A DNA stretch of 64,000 nt from Tubiluchus corallicola (lineage: Eukaryota; Animalia; Priapulida). The stretch is from positions 62,001-126,000 of the forward strand of contig JAQGDQ010000106.1 in the NCBI GenBank assembly GCA_030141605.1, in the 5' to 3' direction. This document shows positions 50,001 to 62,844 of the stretch, in pieces. The notes under the pieces were generated by a model. That model did no database searches and was not told where the DNA came from. It worked only from the letters and a program-made list of their open reading frames with translations. The position numbers and the translations under genes were made by a program. Every line of letters starts with the position of its first letter. Positions within the stretch are counted from its first letter, which is position 1.

Positions 50001-53000
50001 AACGTATTCAGATATCTACAAATACAGAAATGACTCGAAGAAGTAAGGTCAAAATGCTAAGAAGGCTATACTATAAAATAAATGTTACTTTACATAACAA
50101 TGAACAAACAAACAAACAAAATAAAATGCCATATAGATGGTACAATAAGAATATATATATAACATACCAAATTTAGCACCAGGTTGTCTGAAAAATAAAG
50201 CAAAAAATTCATTATAGCAATTTCCAAAATAAAGTTACTTTTATATTATAAACACAGAAGCAAAATTAGTGTACTCTTGCCACTCAGATATTAAAATTAA
50301 AAAAGTTTACTAATATCATAAAAAATGTAAAATAGAATACCTAGTTCACACAATCATCAAGCCAACTGCTATCTCTTTTTAGCTCCAATATTAAATAATG
50401 TCCTTATTAAAAAACATCCAATGCATAAAACTGAGACATTCCCATATAGACTAACAGAAGAAAAAAATTATAATGAGCTATGCTAGGCAACAGTAGCACA
50501 AGTATAGTGTGCAACAGCTAGTAAATACTTATTGTTCCAGAGTTGTCTAAGGTAAACTTGATATTTACCATATTTTTCAGACAGCAGTTCAAAGCAAAAA
50601 TGATGACATGTCTGCTGTTTTTCTATAATCATAAATAGTGATATGCATCTTAGTAGCGCTATCTTTAGTAACATAAATGTTAATTGAGTCTACAAATGCC
50701 ATATAGACGTACAACTTTCACAGACGGTTTTTAAACTTACAATCTAAGATTTCATGCGCTGTTGCTAAAGAAAACACAAGCATAAACATTTTTCTGACAC
50801 TTAAAGCTACTTCACAAACCTTGAAAAAATTCTGACAATGTAAGAAATCCACAAAAGATTATTGCCACTTACTCATCGGCTCCAGTAATTTCTTCTGCTA
50901 CTGTCCTCGTATGCAAGATTCCTTCGCGTTTTTGCACAACTAGTACGTTTATGACAACGTTTTCTGGTAATCGAATGGGGGCCTTGAAATGTATTGACAA
51001 AGCCACCAACAGGTGTAAAATGGCAACTAGGTTCTTCGCATGAATACCTATAATAAATGTTGCCAAAAATTCTATATTCTCACTCATATTTCTCTCTCCA
51101 GTATAGCTGAGTACAGTTATTAATAAAACTTAAGGATGGAGGGCAAAACAGGCATAGAAACTTGCACAGGAATTACATAAAACTTTCGTCACACTAAGAT
51201 ATTTTGCAGACCTATAGAATGTCTAAAGCTATACAATCATAAAGATTCAAAATCTTTTCCCTTAATCAAATACTTCCTTATTGACAACCCATTCCTTAAT
51301 TAACAACACTAATTAACTCAGTTTTCTCAACATATGTTTCTTTTAGCAGCACGAAACTTGTTTCTGTAAATGCTAAAGTCCTAAGCTACTTATCAATGTT
51401 CAGATTTATTCAATACGGGAATCACTTGGGCTTGCCAAATGACAAAATGTATTTGCACATGCATATAAAGCAATATAAACATACATCACAGACGTCGCAT
51501 ACACTTACTCTCAACACTCCATTTTTGCTGATTCCACTTCGGCAAGCTAAGCACTTGATTCGTAACTTCAAGTACAGTTCTTAATTTAGCTTTCTGACCT
51601 TGTTCACTCTGTGTTACCTCGGCAATCGGTAATCGAATGTTTGCCAGCTTTTCTGCAAAAAAAGAATATTGAGATGACATAAGAAATGACTACAGTTCTG
51701 TTATAGCAAAATCAACCTTTCAGGAAAAGCAATTATTATATATACAGTGCTCCCTCGTTACTTCGCGGTTTGTTTATCGTGGACTTGCTATTTCGTGGGT
51801 TTTCAAAAATATTGATGTAAAATATTTATCGCAGTATCGCGATAAAATCATAAAACATTACCATTTACAGTAAACAGTGTATTTATTCAGCGGATGAATA
51901 CACACCAAAAACGAAATGTAGTACTTGCCCATATCAAATTTTTAAAATTACGTATCTAGGTTTAAGAGTTTAAAACATTTTTATGAACATTTAAGTCAAG
52001 TTTTTTAAAAGGTACATGTACAGTATGAGTACAGTTATTATGGGATTGGGTTATGTATAAGAGTGTGGGTTTATAAAGGCTTAACATAATGTATAACTAC
52101 TAAAATAAGTATCGCATCCCTACTTTGTGGAAATTCACTTATCGTGGGTGGGCCTGGAACGGAACACCCGCGATAAGTAAGGGAACACTGTACATGAAGT
52201 TTTTGCTGTTCATCAGACTTTCTCAAACGATGAGAAAAACAAATGTAAACAACAGTTTAAAATTTTATTTCACATTTGCATTTTACTATCATCTGAGAAA
52301 GATTAATGAGTACCATTATGCCTTTTTACACTGACTTACTGTCTCGAAACAGGATTACGGGATTATTCTTGACAATAAGCTGGCAAATACCTTGCCATAA
52401 TCATCCTCATTCAGCAGGTTTTCTCACTGAGTGTTTAATACTAGATTACAGTATGGCAAGCTGCACAAAAATATCATGTTTGAACATCATTAAAGGAAGT
52501 CGAATAGATTGGCAGCAGTGATATACTAGTATTTTGTAATGATACCAACTACATATTTGAAACAAAATTCTCAAAATATCATAATATCAAAAAAATCACA
52601 TGTGTAAGAGCATCACTACATCTCAGTTTCATTCTTATTCTTTCAAGCACACTAAGTGTAGTATACTGTGTCTATTGAGTTCTTGTTTTACAGTTATTCA
52701 TGCAGTGTTGAGATGGCTGCTCCTACTAGGGTTTGACAGAGAAAAAGGAGATACCCAAATACTGATCACGTTTCTCATGATGGACTAAAACAATTATTTT
52801 TTATCTCTTAAATTTAGCTCTGTAACAGCACTAGTGTTTTTTGCAACAGAAATTAGAAAATAGTAAAAATTAATGAACTTACCGAGTAACTTGCCAAGAA
52901 TAAGACCATCGTACAAATCTTCTTGGATGTCTTTTACAATAATTCTATAATCAGCTAATTCATCATTCAGCCAATCTATTAGCACCTAGAAATCATACAA

Positions 53001-55649
53001 TATGATAAGAAAAGAAATGCATAACTCAAGAGAGAATTTGAGAATATCAACCTACTACAAAGCCAATATGTTGACACTTACAAGTCCATAGCAACAAACT
53101 TAGTTCATGGACATAATACAATACAAAGGTTTTCCATTACGGATAAAACATTTTAATAAGAGCCTTATCCCATTATCTCTGTTTTCAAGAAACCAAAAAT
53201 GCTGTCTTGATAATATGTGCTAATCTATAAAATAAGAGACAAACTGTATGAAAATGACTAGTTTTTTTTTTAAAAAGCGAATGCTACATTGGCTGTTAGC
53301 TGCAAGGAATACCTGATAGCTTAACAAAAAGAGTTAAGCAATGTCAAGACTGCTCAGCAAACAGAAGAGTGCATGACAGCCGATACTCACCCGGGCAACT
53401 TCACTTGCAAAACTGGTACTGGTTATTTATCTCGTCGAGGGTAGATGCATTCTTAAGTGCTTGTCTTTTCAAATACCCGGGGAACTTTTGAAATTTTCAA
53501 TGGTACAGATGGCACATTTTAAACATGACTTTGATGTAATGACACTGCATATGTACAATCACCTTGTGTGACCTGATGTGTTAAACATTATATATATTTG
53601 CTAGTATTATCATAACTATTCTATCATAAGGTATATTAAAGCTATTTGCTTTTGACAGTACATGTATATTATACACCAAAAAAAGTAAAACACTGTATGT
53701 TAAAATACTGCATACAGTGATTCTGGAGATTTTAGTTTCATAATTGGTGAGCAATAATGTTATGGTATTCAAAACTGAAAATTGACAAGTAGGCCATAAA
53801 ATGGTGAAAATAAATGTTTAAACAATTTCCATTGATTCAATTAAATTACTGGAATAGTATTTATTGACTGGTTTTAACAATTCCCAGTTTAACTAGTGAA
53901 ATTACATTTAATTACAATAATTATATTATTGCAAGTACAGTAGATTACACTATAATGCTAACCATAAAAAAGTATTAGAGTAGCATTGTATAATTACATT
54001 ATCTATGAGGTTTTAAGCAATTGGTAGGCAAGTATGACTAATTATTTCCATCTGCCAAAACCATGGAGAGTTCATCAAGGACCAAGCACAACTGTAACAG
54101 TATTGCGGGATCAGTATATGAGTAGCAAGGTGACTGGCTAAGAACTTTACAGATCATCCAGTAAGGAAGTGCATCTCATTCTGTTATCAATAATGGCAGC
54201 ATCCTGGTGTTAGAGGCCAGAAAAAATGCCTCAAAGAAAAGTTGGTAATGCGAAAGAAAAAGCACATTTTATTTTCCAAGTCACTTCATTTGTTTACTAA
54301 GTCATTTCTTAGTCAGAGGTTTTACTTATTTGCTTTCCGAACATTGGATTTTTACTTCCCTGACGGGCAAATGCTGAAAATCAATAGGAACTAGCAGTCT
54401 TTCGAGCGTGATATTGACGGGGGGGGGGGGGGGGTCGTTGCGTAATGCGCAGAAAAAGGCTTGCTTTCCTAAATATTAAGTGCACTACCAAAGGCTCTTC
54501 AAAAGGCAAGCACTGTTCTGATCTAAGAAAGATAGTGCAGCTGGTTTCATTTTAAAGGCATAAGTAGTCTTGATAATGAGAGAGATTCCAGTCCTGTTAC
54601 GAATTCATATTGAGTAGGTTGCTGGATTCTGACTTGAATTGTGTCTAGTTCTATAAAAAAAAGGCTGCAGATTTTTTTCATTTATCATACCTGAATAAGT
54701 GACTTCAATTTTGGATCTTCTCTGCAAACAGGCTGTACCATTGACCGTTCTTCATTCTCCTCTGTATTAATAAGAAAAAGGTACATGTACCCAACTGTCA
54801 GTATGTCAAAAAGGTGCTGCATGTACATGTAATACAGCACCACTTTAAATTTAGTTTAACTTTTATAAGATGAAAAGCTAGTAAACAAAGCAATGTAAAT
54901 ACTTATTAATGATAAGGCTCTAGTCTACCTGGTATAACATTACAATCTGGTCACTACAAGTAAACAGCAATTGATTACAAAAAGTACTAAATAAAAAAAT
55001 TTCTGTAACAGATATTTTTCCTTTTACAGCAAGCAGTAATTTGGCCATTTAGTGTTACTAAAATTGCTATATGTTTTTCTAAATGATTCAAATGCCTCTG
55101 ATTGACAAAAAAAACTAAATATGCATAAGCCTATAAACATTTATGAAATCATTTGTTTTGGGGTCACAAAAAAGAGAAAATACCAAGAACATAGTCTTCA
55201 GGGGTAACATCGGCAGCTGTTTTCGCTGGACTAACTGATGTATCTTCTATGGCTTGCTTTCCTTCTTCATCTAACTCACTAGCTGTAATCCAAAAAATCG
55301 TATTGTAAGTAATGTATAAATTAACATATTAGGCTACAAGATTATTAAAAATGTTTTATATTCAGGAACACACAACGTTAAAAATCGATCCACGTTGACA
55401 AGTAACATCACCTTACAAAAGTGAAAATGTAGGATCAAAGGCAAAGTCCTATGATTAAATCAAAATGTTAAAATAAAAAACAGTCAACATTTTGCGTGCT
55501 GTTTTAACCATCTGCACGAAATCAAACATAGATCACTTGTAATAATTACCTTCTTTCACCTTCTTTTTGCGTCCCAGAGTACTTAATTTCTCCATAAAAC
55601 TTTCATCTTTTTTTGGCTGCTTCAACGTTGAACTGGGTGAGGCTGCCAT
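47023..55649 (-). CDS. parvin: Parvin (alpha/beta-parvin-like, two CH domains), 11 coding exons, 364 aa
   Basis: Exons in transcription order: 55649-55550, 55282-55184, 54761-54691, 52985-52883, 51652-51509, 51047-50873, 50187-50168, 49826-49765, 49052-48984, 48497-48396, 47172-47023; 1095 nt, open frame. Motifs: KKDESFMEKLSTLGRKKK, LIDWLNDELA...IIVKDIQEDLYDG, IHAKNLVAILHLLVAL, ERDAFDTLFDHAPDKLNVVKK, DGVYLTLLMGLLEGYFVPL, PEDIVNRDLKSTLRVLYNLFTKY. Confidence 0.96.
49143..49436. mobile_element. Tigger/pogo-like MITE in a parvin intron
   Basis: TA|CAGGTAGTTGTCGAGCTAC...GTAACACAACGACTACCTG|TA: imperfect TIRs with TA target duplication. Confidence 0.7.
51745..52190. mobile_element. Tigger/pogo-like MITE in a parvin intron
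   Basis: TA|CAGTGCTCCCTCGTTACTTCGCG...CGCGATAAGTAAGGGAACACTG|TA: TIRs with TA target duplication. Confidence 0.8.
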
Positions 55650-56246
55650 TTCAGTGATCGAAACATAAACTAGATGTCAGAGCAGTCGATGCACACATAG
55701 AAGGTGCTGTTCATTTGTTGGATTTGATTTCGTGAATTTGGTTGAGAGTTTCTTTGCTTAGTTTCCTCTTAGATTCGAAGGGGTATGCGTATCGTGGGCT
55801 AGTTGTTTCATTACACGGTTTCTAGTTAATCAGTAAGTATCTCGTACAGCTAAAATTATTAATCATATTTCAATTTAATTTTATTTGCTCAAATACAATT
55901 TACAATGGCAAACGTGAAGTCTGAGAGACCTAACCATAACACGATTATCGACGGTCTCTCAGCAATTTGCGAAATTGAGGCAAATTTGATGCATGTACTG
56001 TTTCACTATTAAGTGACTTCCAAGGACCCACAATGGCCCACAACACGAGAAAAGAAGAAATGGGCTGTGATATTAGTGCAATGATTTATTGTACAAATAG
56101 TTGTATTGCAGAGTATTGACTATTGTACAAATAATTTAGAATTGTATCCACGTAGTGTTCTAGAAAAAAAATTGTCGCTTCCCAAAATAGAACTATCACT
56201 AATGACTTTATAACTGAAGTGGAGAAGGGTTCCATGTGAACAGCAG

Positions 56247-58580
56247 TTGAACATGGGTCAGTCGATTCCAGTCAAAATTCTACCTCAGAAGAAGATGTGT
56301 TTAAACAAAGTTAATTTCAGCAGTATGTGTAATGCATTTAGCCAAGTTGATTGGATTAATGTTTTAAATAGTAATCTTACTCTTGATGATATGTGGGCAA
56401 AATTTCATAATGTGTACATGTCAGTTGTTGATGAATATGTGCCTAGTTTCTATCCAAGTTCTTGTAATAAGAGTAGTCGACCTCGGCCTCCTTGGTTAAC
56501 TAAGCAGTTGCTTGGCTGTATTAAGGAGAAAGAAAAGTTGTTTTTTGACTGGAAGAGACGAAGAACAAAACTTTCTTATGAACGGTATGCTGCAAGGCGT
56601 AATGTGGTGAAAAACCTTATAACTACTGCGAGAAAAAGATATGAACGTATTTTAGCAAGTAATTGCAAGAGTAATCCCAAGGCATTCTGGCAGTATATCA
56701 ATGCGCTTCGGAAGCCAAAGTCTAGAATTCATTCACTGAAGAATTCCCAAGGTATTCTTGTCTCTGATTCAGAGGAGAAGGCACAAATTTTGAACGATTT
56801 TTTCATTAGTGTATTCAGTCCCAATGCTCCTGACTATGAAGTAACTACAGTGCAACAATATCCTGATATCAACAATGTTTCCATAACTGAAGAAGAGGTG
56901 CTTTATGAGTTACAAAATCTCAATGTAAACAAATCCGCTCCAGATAGTTACCATCCACGTATTTTAAATGAATGTAGAACTGTGCTTTTTAAGCCTATAT
57001 ACACCTTACTGGATAGGTCTTTTGCTGATTGTCAGTTACCTGAACAATGGAAGGTGGCACAGGTTACTCCCATTCATAAAAAAGGGGACAAGTCAGATCC
57101 ATCGAACTACAGGCCAGTTAGCTTACTAAATACAATTAATAAGGTGACAGAAAAAATCATGCGGAAACATATAATGAACCATCTGATAAGATACAACATT
57201 ATTTGTGAAGAACAACATGGGTTTGTTAAGGGTAGAACAACGGTTACCCAACTGTTACAATGTTACGATGCATGGTTTGAGTTAAAAGATGCTAATAAGC
57301 CTTTTGATATAATACTACTGGACCTGAAAAAGGCATTTGATGTTGTACCTCATCACTTTCTGTTTGCAAAACTTAAAAATTGTGGTATAACTGGTTCAGT
57401 TTTACAGTGGATAGTAAACTTCTTAGAAAATAGAAGTCAATGTACTTGTGTTGATGGTTACAAATCGACTGAGTCCTTGATTACTAGTGGTGTACCGCAA
57501 GGTTCGGTATTAGGTCCGTGTTTATTTGTGGTATTTATAAATGACTTGCCTAGTTGTGTGAGAAATTCTCTTCGTCTTTTTGCCGACGACAGCAAAATCT
57601 GGTCTGAATCTGATTCTTTTACCAGCTGTAATGATCTTCAATTGGATCTAGAAGGGCTCTGTGATTGGGCAGTTGAAAATGGTATGCAGTTCCATCTCAA
57701 CAAGTGTAAGGTTGTATCTGTGGGAGCAGGATATGAGTATAAATACAAAATGTATGATGCAAGTGGCATTCCGGCAGAATTGGACTTTAGTGCTTGTGAG
57801 AAAGACCTTGGATTATTACTTGATAATAAACTAAATTTTAAAGATCACATAGCAGAAATCATAAAGAACGCCAAACGAAACAATGCTTTAATGCTTCAAG
57901 TACCTAGATCTGCAAACTTTCAAGCTTCTATATGTGGCACTTGTGCGATCAAAAGTGGAGTATGGAAGTAGTATTTGGAATAGTCCTAGGGCATATATAG
58001 TGGACCCAGTCGAAACTGTCCAAATGAGAGCTTTCAACATGTTACCGGAACTAATGAACTTGACGTATGAAAGTCAGTTAAAACGAATAGGTTTAACTAC
58101 ATTAGCTTTTAGACGTTTACGTGGCCAACTAATTGATGTATACAAATATGTATCTGGAGTTTACAGCTGTGATGATTGTCCTGTTAAATTAGAAGTACAT
58201 CGTACAGCAAGATCAGGTCCTATTCTTCATAAATCAAGAACTGCACACAAAACTGGTAAATACGACTATTTTTCTTGTACGATGCCAGAAATCTGGAATA
58301 GATTGCCCTGTGATGTGAGAACAGCAACATCTGTAAATTTATTTAAATCAAAATTAGATAGACACTATGAACATCATCCATTGAAATTTAATCACCGTGC
58401 TAATTGGAACATGCCTATAACAAGGATGCTGGATTACATATTATAGTGAGAAAACTTGCCAGTGGAGTCACCTAGGTGTTGATGACAATCTATTGAATGT
58501 GCAATTTGTCGCAATTACAGTCGAAGAACTATTTGTCTCAAAAGTTATATTATAACTACTGGAGAGTTACTACTACTAAC
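56247..58580 (+). mobile_element. 5'-truncated CR1-clade LINE: reverse transcriptase ORF2 (56247-57971 and 57934-58446, one frameshift), 3'UTR and short (TAC)n tail
   Basis: RT motifs WKVAQVTPIHKKG, NYRPVSL, QHGF, LDLKKAFD, GVPQGSVLGP, LFADD, KCKV and EKDLG, then LYVALVRSKVEY, RRLRG and WNRLP. No endonuclease domain. The frame break at about 57890 looks like a small deletion. Confidence 0.92.
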
Positions 58581-58619
58581 ATAACAGTTAATAAGGTCAT
58601 AGCATCAGAGCATTGGTCA

Positions 58620-60205
58620 AGAATAGAATAGAATAATATTTATTTAGTCTCCTTCAGTGCAAAGACATGTATGAGCAAACTAATAGTAACATACAGAGGG
58701 AGACGGGGTGGCAAAAAGACAAAGGGTCACCAAGTCAACCACCCCTGTCCTTACAAAAAGTAAACAAAAAAATTACTGTGCAGTGATAAAAGTTTTAAGC
58801 AATTGAGCAACCAATGTGAAAAGATAGATTAAATAAACACGATTAAGTTTCATGAAATTAGTCCAATATCTTTTGTAATTAACTAATTAAAATACTCATA
58901 TACCAGTTGATAACCTTGTTCAGCCAAATACGGAAAACGGGTAATACAATAATAAAACAAAAAGTATTGAACTAATTTTAAAACAATCATTCCAACAAAG
59001 CATAAACAAAAATCTAACTAGGGCAATGAAACAGAAATTATTGCAAAATTCATAATGTCATAGAAAGTAAACCGTGTTAACGATTTATAAACAAATTTGC
59101 GTAACATTTCAAAATTGAAAGTATATGTGTCGAATCAGTACAAAGAAACAATCGCTAATATCTGCGCTCGTATAGCAAGTGTATTTTGTGGCGTTAATGT
59201 AAAGTGATCATTGAAAATATCAGGCAGCAAGCCGCGCTAGTACTTGCACATAAAATTTGAGTAACTCCAGATTATAAACATCAGGAAGTTTTAATAAACC
59301 CAATTGTAAGAAGGATGGAGTTACATGGTCGTGTTTTTCGGCAACTGTTATGAACTTGACAATTCTAGTTTGTTGCGTTAGTAAAGGTTTTAGTGTTGTC
59401 GAATATGCCATTCCCCAAGCCAGTATACAATAGTCTAAGTAGGATAAAGCAGATTGATAATTATATGAGTTTTAATGCTGCTTGGTCTATATATTTTCTT
59501 AGTTTTAATACTATTCCTGACATATGACGTCGCTTATATGTAATGTGTTTGACATGAGTTCCCCATGACAATTTATTATCTATTAATATGCCTAAATATT
59601 TTATGTCTTCTGTTCATCTATTTTGCTGTTCATTATTTTCACGTCAAAATTTTAGTAGTACTTGTTCTGATATTAATTAGCATAAATTTAGTCTTCTTAA
59701 AATTTATTGATAACCGGTTTGCTTTCATCCATATGTCTGTCTTTTTTAATCATTACCAGTTTGTTTAATTCGTTAATATTAGGGTGGGACATGAATAAAT
59801 TAGTGTCATCTGCAGTTATTCTTGTGCAAAAGTCAGAAGAATCAGGTAAGTCATTAATGTAAAGTAAGAAAAAGAGTAGTCCTAAATTAGAACCTGGGGT
59901 ACTCCTTTTTTTTTGAAGGATGACTTGTTGCTAATAGAAATATATACTGTCTTCGGTTAGTTATGTATGACTCAAATAATTTTAGAGGTAGGCCTCTTAC
60001 TCCATAATGATGTAATTCTGTGAGTAATATGTCGTACTGTACTGTATGAAAAGCCTTTGATAAATCTAAAAATATTCCACAGGTTACAAGTTTTTTTTTA
60101 CATCTAGATGGATCCTGTCAATTAAGTCTGTAATCGCTAAAGTAGTTGAATGGTTTTTGCGGAAGCCGAATTGATATTTTGTTAAATACTTTTGATTTTC
60201 AAAGT
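58620..60205 (-). mobile_element. Heavily decayed 5'-truncated LINE (L2/CR1 group) with 3'UTR and (ATTCT)n tail
   Basis: Minus-strand fragments YQFGFRKNHSTTLA, IFLDLSKAF, YGVRG, GSNLG..FLLYINDLP and ADDTNLF, with many stops and frameshifts. It ends with AATAAA...attctattctattct at about 58620-58646. Confidence 0.85.
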
Positions 60206-61614
60206 TTTTTAGATTTTGCACAGACAAAGTTAAAAGAATGTGTGACAAATTGACGTAGCAGTTGAGTTTCAATGTTAATTTAGTGAAAAGAGTGAAGAGA
60301 TCAAGTTTACTCACAGAAAAATGCGAGAACGTGACTTCTTAGGACGAACTACAACATAGGCCTATATAAGAAAAATGAGTTATGGGATAAGTTTACAATC
60401 GAATTAGTTAAACGGAATAGATCACCAAACGTTCAGAATGTAAAATTTGTATACCTAGGCAAAATTATAGTGACACAATGTAGCAGGCTTTTCTAGTTTG
60501 ACTAAGTGATAAAAAGGTGCAAACTATTACAGCAAGTGTTACATCATACGTAAGAACGCAAAAAAAAACATACATAAAAAGTTGCCACAGGTCACAGATT
60601 ATCTATGATTGATTTAATTTAAAAATTGTACCATGTTCATATGAGACAGCCTTGCACATTGCATAATACTTAATAGTGTGAGGAAAAGGTTGGGTACCCT
60701 GATCATGATCAAAAGACTCAGAAGTCGCCCAATGATCATCATTCAGAATATTCAAGGTAAAAGCAGTATCCAAAAATTGCTGCAAAAGTGTAAAGGGGGG
60801 AAAACTACTTAATGCCACAAAGCTGTTATCTGCCCTGTTCATAAAGCCTCATTGCTTTTTTTGTTATCATTAGATCATCTTCGGATTCAGGCTGAGAATA
60901 AAACTGAATTTGAGCTAATTCAACTTTGTCAATAACATTAGCATTCATTAACACAAAAAATAATGCATATTCATAAATTAATGTCTTTGCATATTTTGCA
61001 ATTACAAATTGTATAAGAACACAAAATGTAGCATTATTACCTGTTAAAATGGCCATGTTAAGAAAAATATTTTTACAATTAGAAAAACGCCCACAAACAT
61101 CTCTGCACCAGACAGATTTCCTAAGATATAATACAGAGGCAGGTGTAAGCCACATGACTTCATAATAGTCAGAATGATTATGCCGTTTGAGAAAATAATC
61201 GTTTCACCAAGAAGATGTTTTTTGCAGTTTGAGTGTCACTGGCATTCTCGTCTTTATTAGAAGCAAAACTTATATTATTTTAGTCCGTTAAAAACATGCC
61301 TTTACACATGGAGTGCTCAACATTAGCTCAAAAAAGATTTGTCAACGTGATGAGAGCGACAAACATTTGGCCTGGTACATTTCTTCCTTAGAAGCTTTCA
61401 GAAATGAAATACATGTAACCTGTCATTTGTGATATTTCATTTATCACCTTACAAATAAACTGAGAAGATTTTGAGCTGTATATCTAAACTGACAAAAACT
61501 TATTTCGGTTTACGTTGTAACTGGAAATGAAATGTAGCATGAGATGCATTGTGGAATGAGAAGGTGAATAGCTAAGTGACATGTTTATGCTAGTAGGTAC
61601 ATGTTTATCGACAG

Positions 61615-61680
61615 TCAGCCTAAGTTAAGAAACTTGAAGCCTGATTAGTGAATGGGTTGGTGATCGCTGGGTTCGATATT
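61615..61680 (+). mobile_element. Decayed SINE-like relic with a 5S-like segment
   Basis: aagttaagaaacttgaagcctgattagtgaatgggttggtgatcgctggg resembles 5S aagttaagc...gcctggttagtacttggatgggtgaccgcctggg. Confidence 0.5.
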
Positions 61681-62615
61681 CTTCAGAACGGTTTCAGTCA
61701 TACTCTTCTGCTGTACACCCCTCTGTGGTTGTTTACAATATTAAAACAGGATGTGCACACAAACAAACACACAATTTTGCCTGTCCTGTTTGTCCTCTTA
61801 GAAGGGTGATTTTTGATACGCAGCCATTTACATCGAGTAGGACATGTGTTGAGTGACGGAATTCAGCTTGCAGGATACCATTTGAACCATATTATAAAAG
61901 AATAAATAAAAATCACGCCGTCAGTGAAATCACAAATTGGTCAATCCTGTGCAGTTTGAATTTTTACATTTAAAATGTATCGAAGAGGAAAGCTTCTGTT
62001 GCTGACTTCGATGATGTTATTGATAACTTTTCATGGTCACCATTTCAATCATGTTGACCTTTGCCATCGTCATTATTGTAGCTCCCAACCTTACATTACC
62101 TCTTATTTTTCCAGTTGTACAACTGCTTATCCGAAAGTTTATGAATTCGAAGTACTTACTAAAAGTAGCTACTTTTGCATCACTTACTGCATTTACAAGG
62201 GCATAAAATAGTTAAATTGCACATCAGCCTCTTTAATACTTTTATCAAAGGATTCTAATGGAACACTATGTTGAAGATAGTAGAAAAAGCAGGTCCAGAC
62301 AATACATTAATTCTAGTAGCTTAACATTTACAATCGCATAATATGTAATATATTGCCAGACAACAGTTTTTAACAATCTGAGAAAAATTATAGTAAAAAT
62401 AACTAAATAAGCCATATAGTATTAAATTCTTAGCCACATGAAATTTTTTTGTGAAGGATCAATCCATTTTTTGATAAGTTTTATTTTGTAGTATTTTGTA
62501 ATGATTAATGTGTATATTCTGCTAAATGTAATCTTTTATCTGACAAATTTTATTTATTATTGATTCAAAGTTTTAATATTATTTTTTGCCTTATTTTTAG
62601 ATTTTCATTGATACC

Positions 62616-62636
62616 ATGGAAGTTAAGAAACACTGA
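62616..62636 (+). promoter_or_regulatory. Upstream ORF (MEVKKH*) in the MCT leader
   Basis: accATGg lies 15 nt after the acceptor at 62600; TGA is at 62634-62636; same frame as the ATG at 62649. Confidence 0.6.
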
Positions 62637-62648
62637 ACTGACATAAGA

Positions 62649-62844
62649 ATGGCACGTTTGTATCGTCAGGATGGCGGGTGGGCATGGATGGTTCTCATCT
62701 CCTGCTTCATTGGACACATCATATTCATTGGCATGTCTTTCTCATATGGTGTTTACTTTGTCATTTTTCGAGATCACTTCGGCAGTGCGGCAAGTCTTAC
62801 TTCATGGGTTGGTTCTCTTAATACTGGCTTGCTGTTTGGAGCAG
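62649..62844 (+). CDS. First coding exon of a monocarboxylate transporter (SLC16/MCT, MFS); gene incomplete in this window
   Basis: QDGGWAWMVLISCF signature, SYGVYF...F and SWVGSL..GL...AG, followed by a phase-1 donor G|GTAGGC at 62844/62845. Confidence 0.88.

Noticed and set aside
54419-54434. Poly-G run as a functional G-quadruplex
   Set aside because: An intronic homopolymer with no other support; its length is unreliable in assemblies.
57880-57971. Programmed frameshift between the two LINE ORFs
   Set aside because: Both pieces belong to one ORF2 and a few residues appear missing at the junction, so a small inactivating deletion is simpler.
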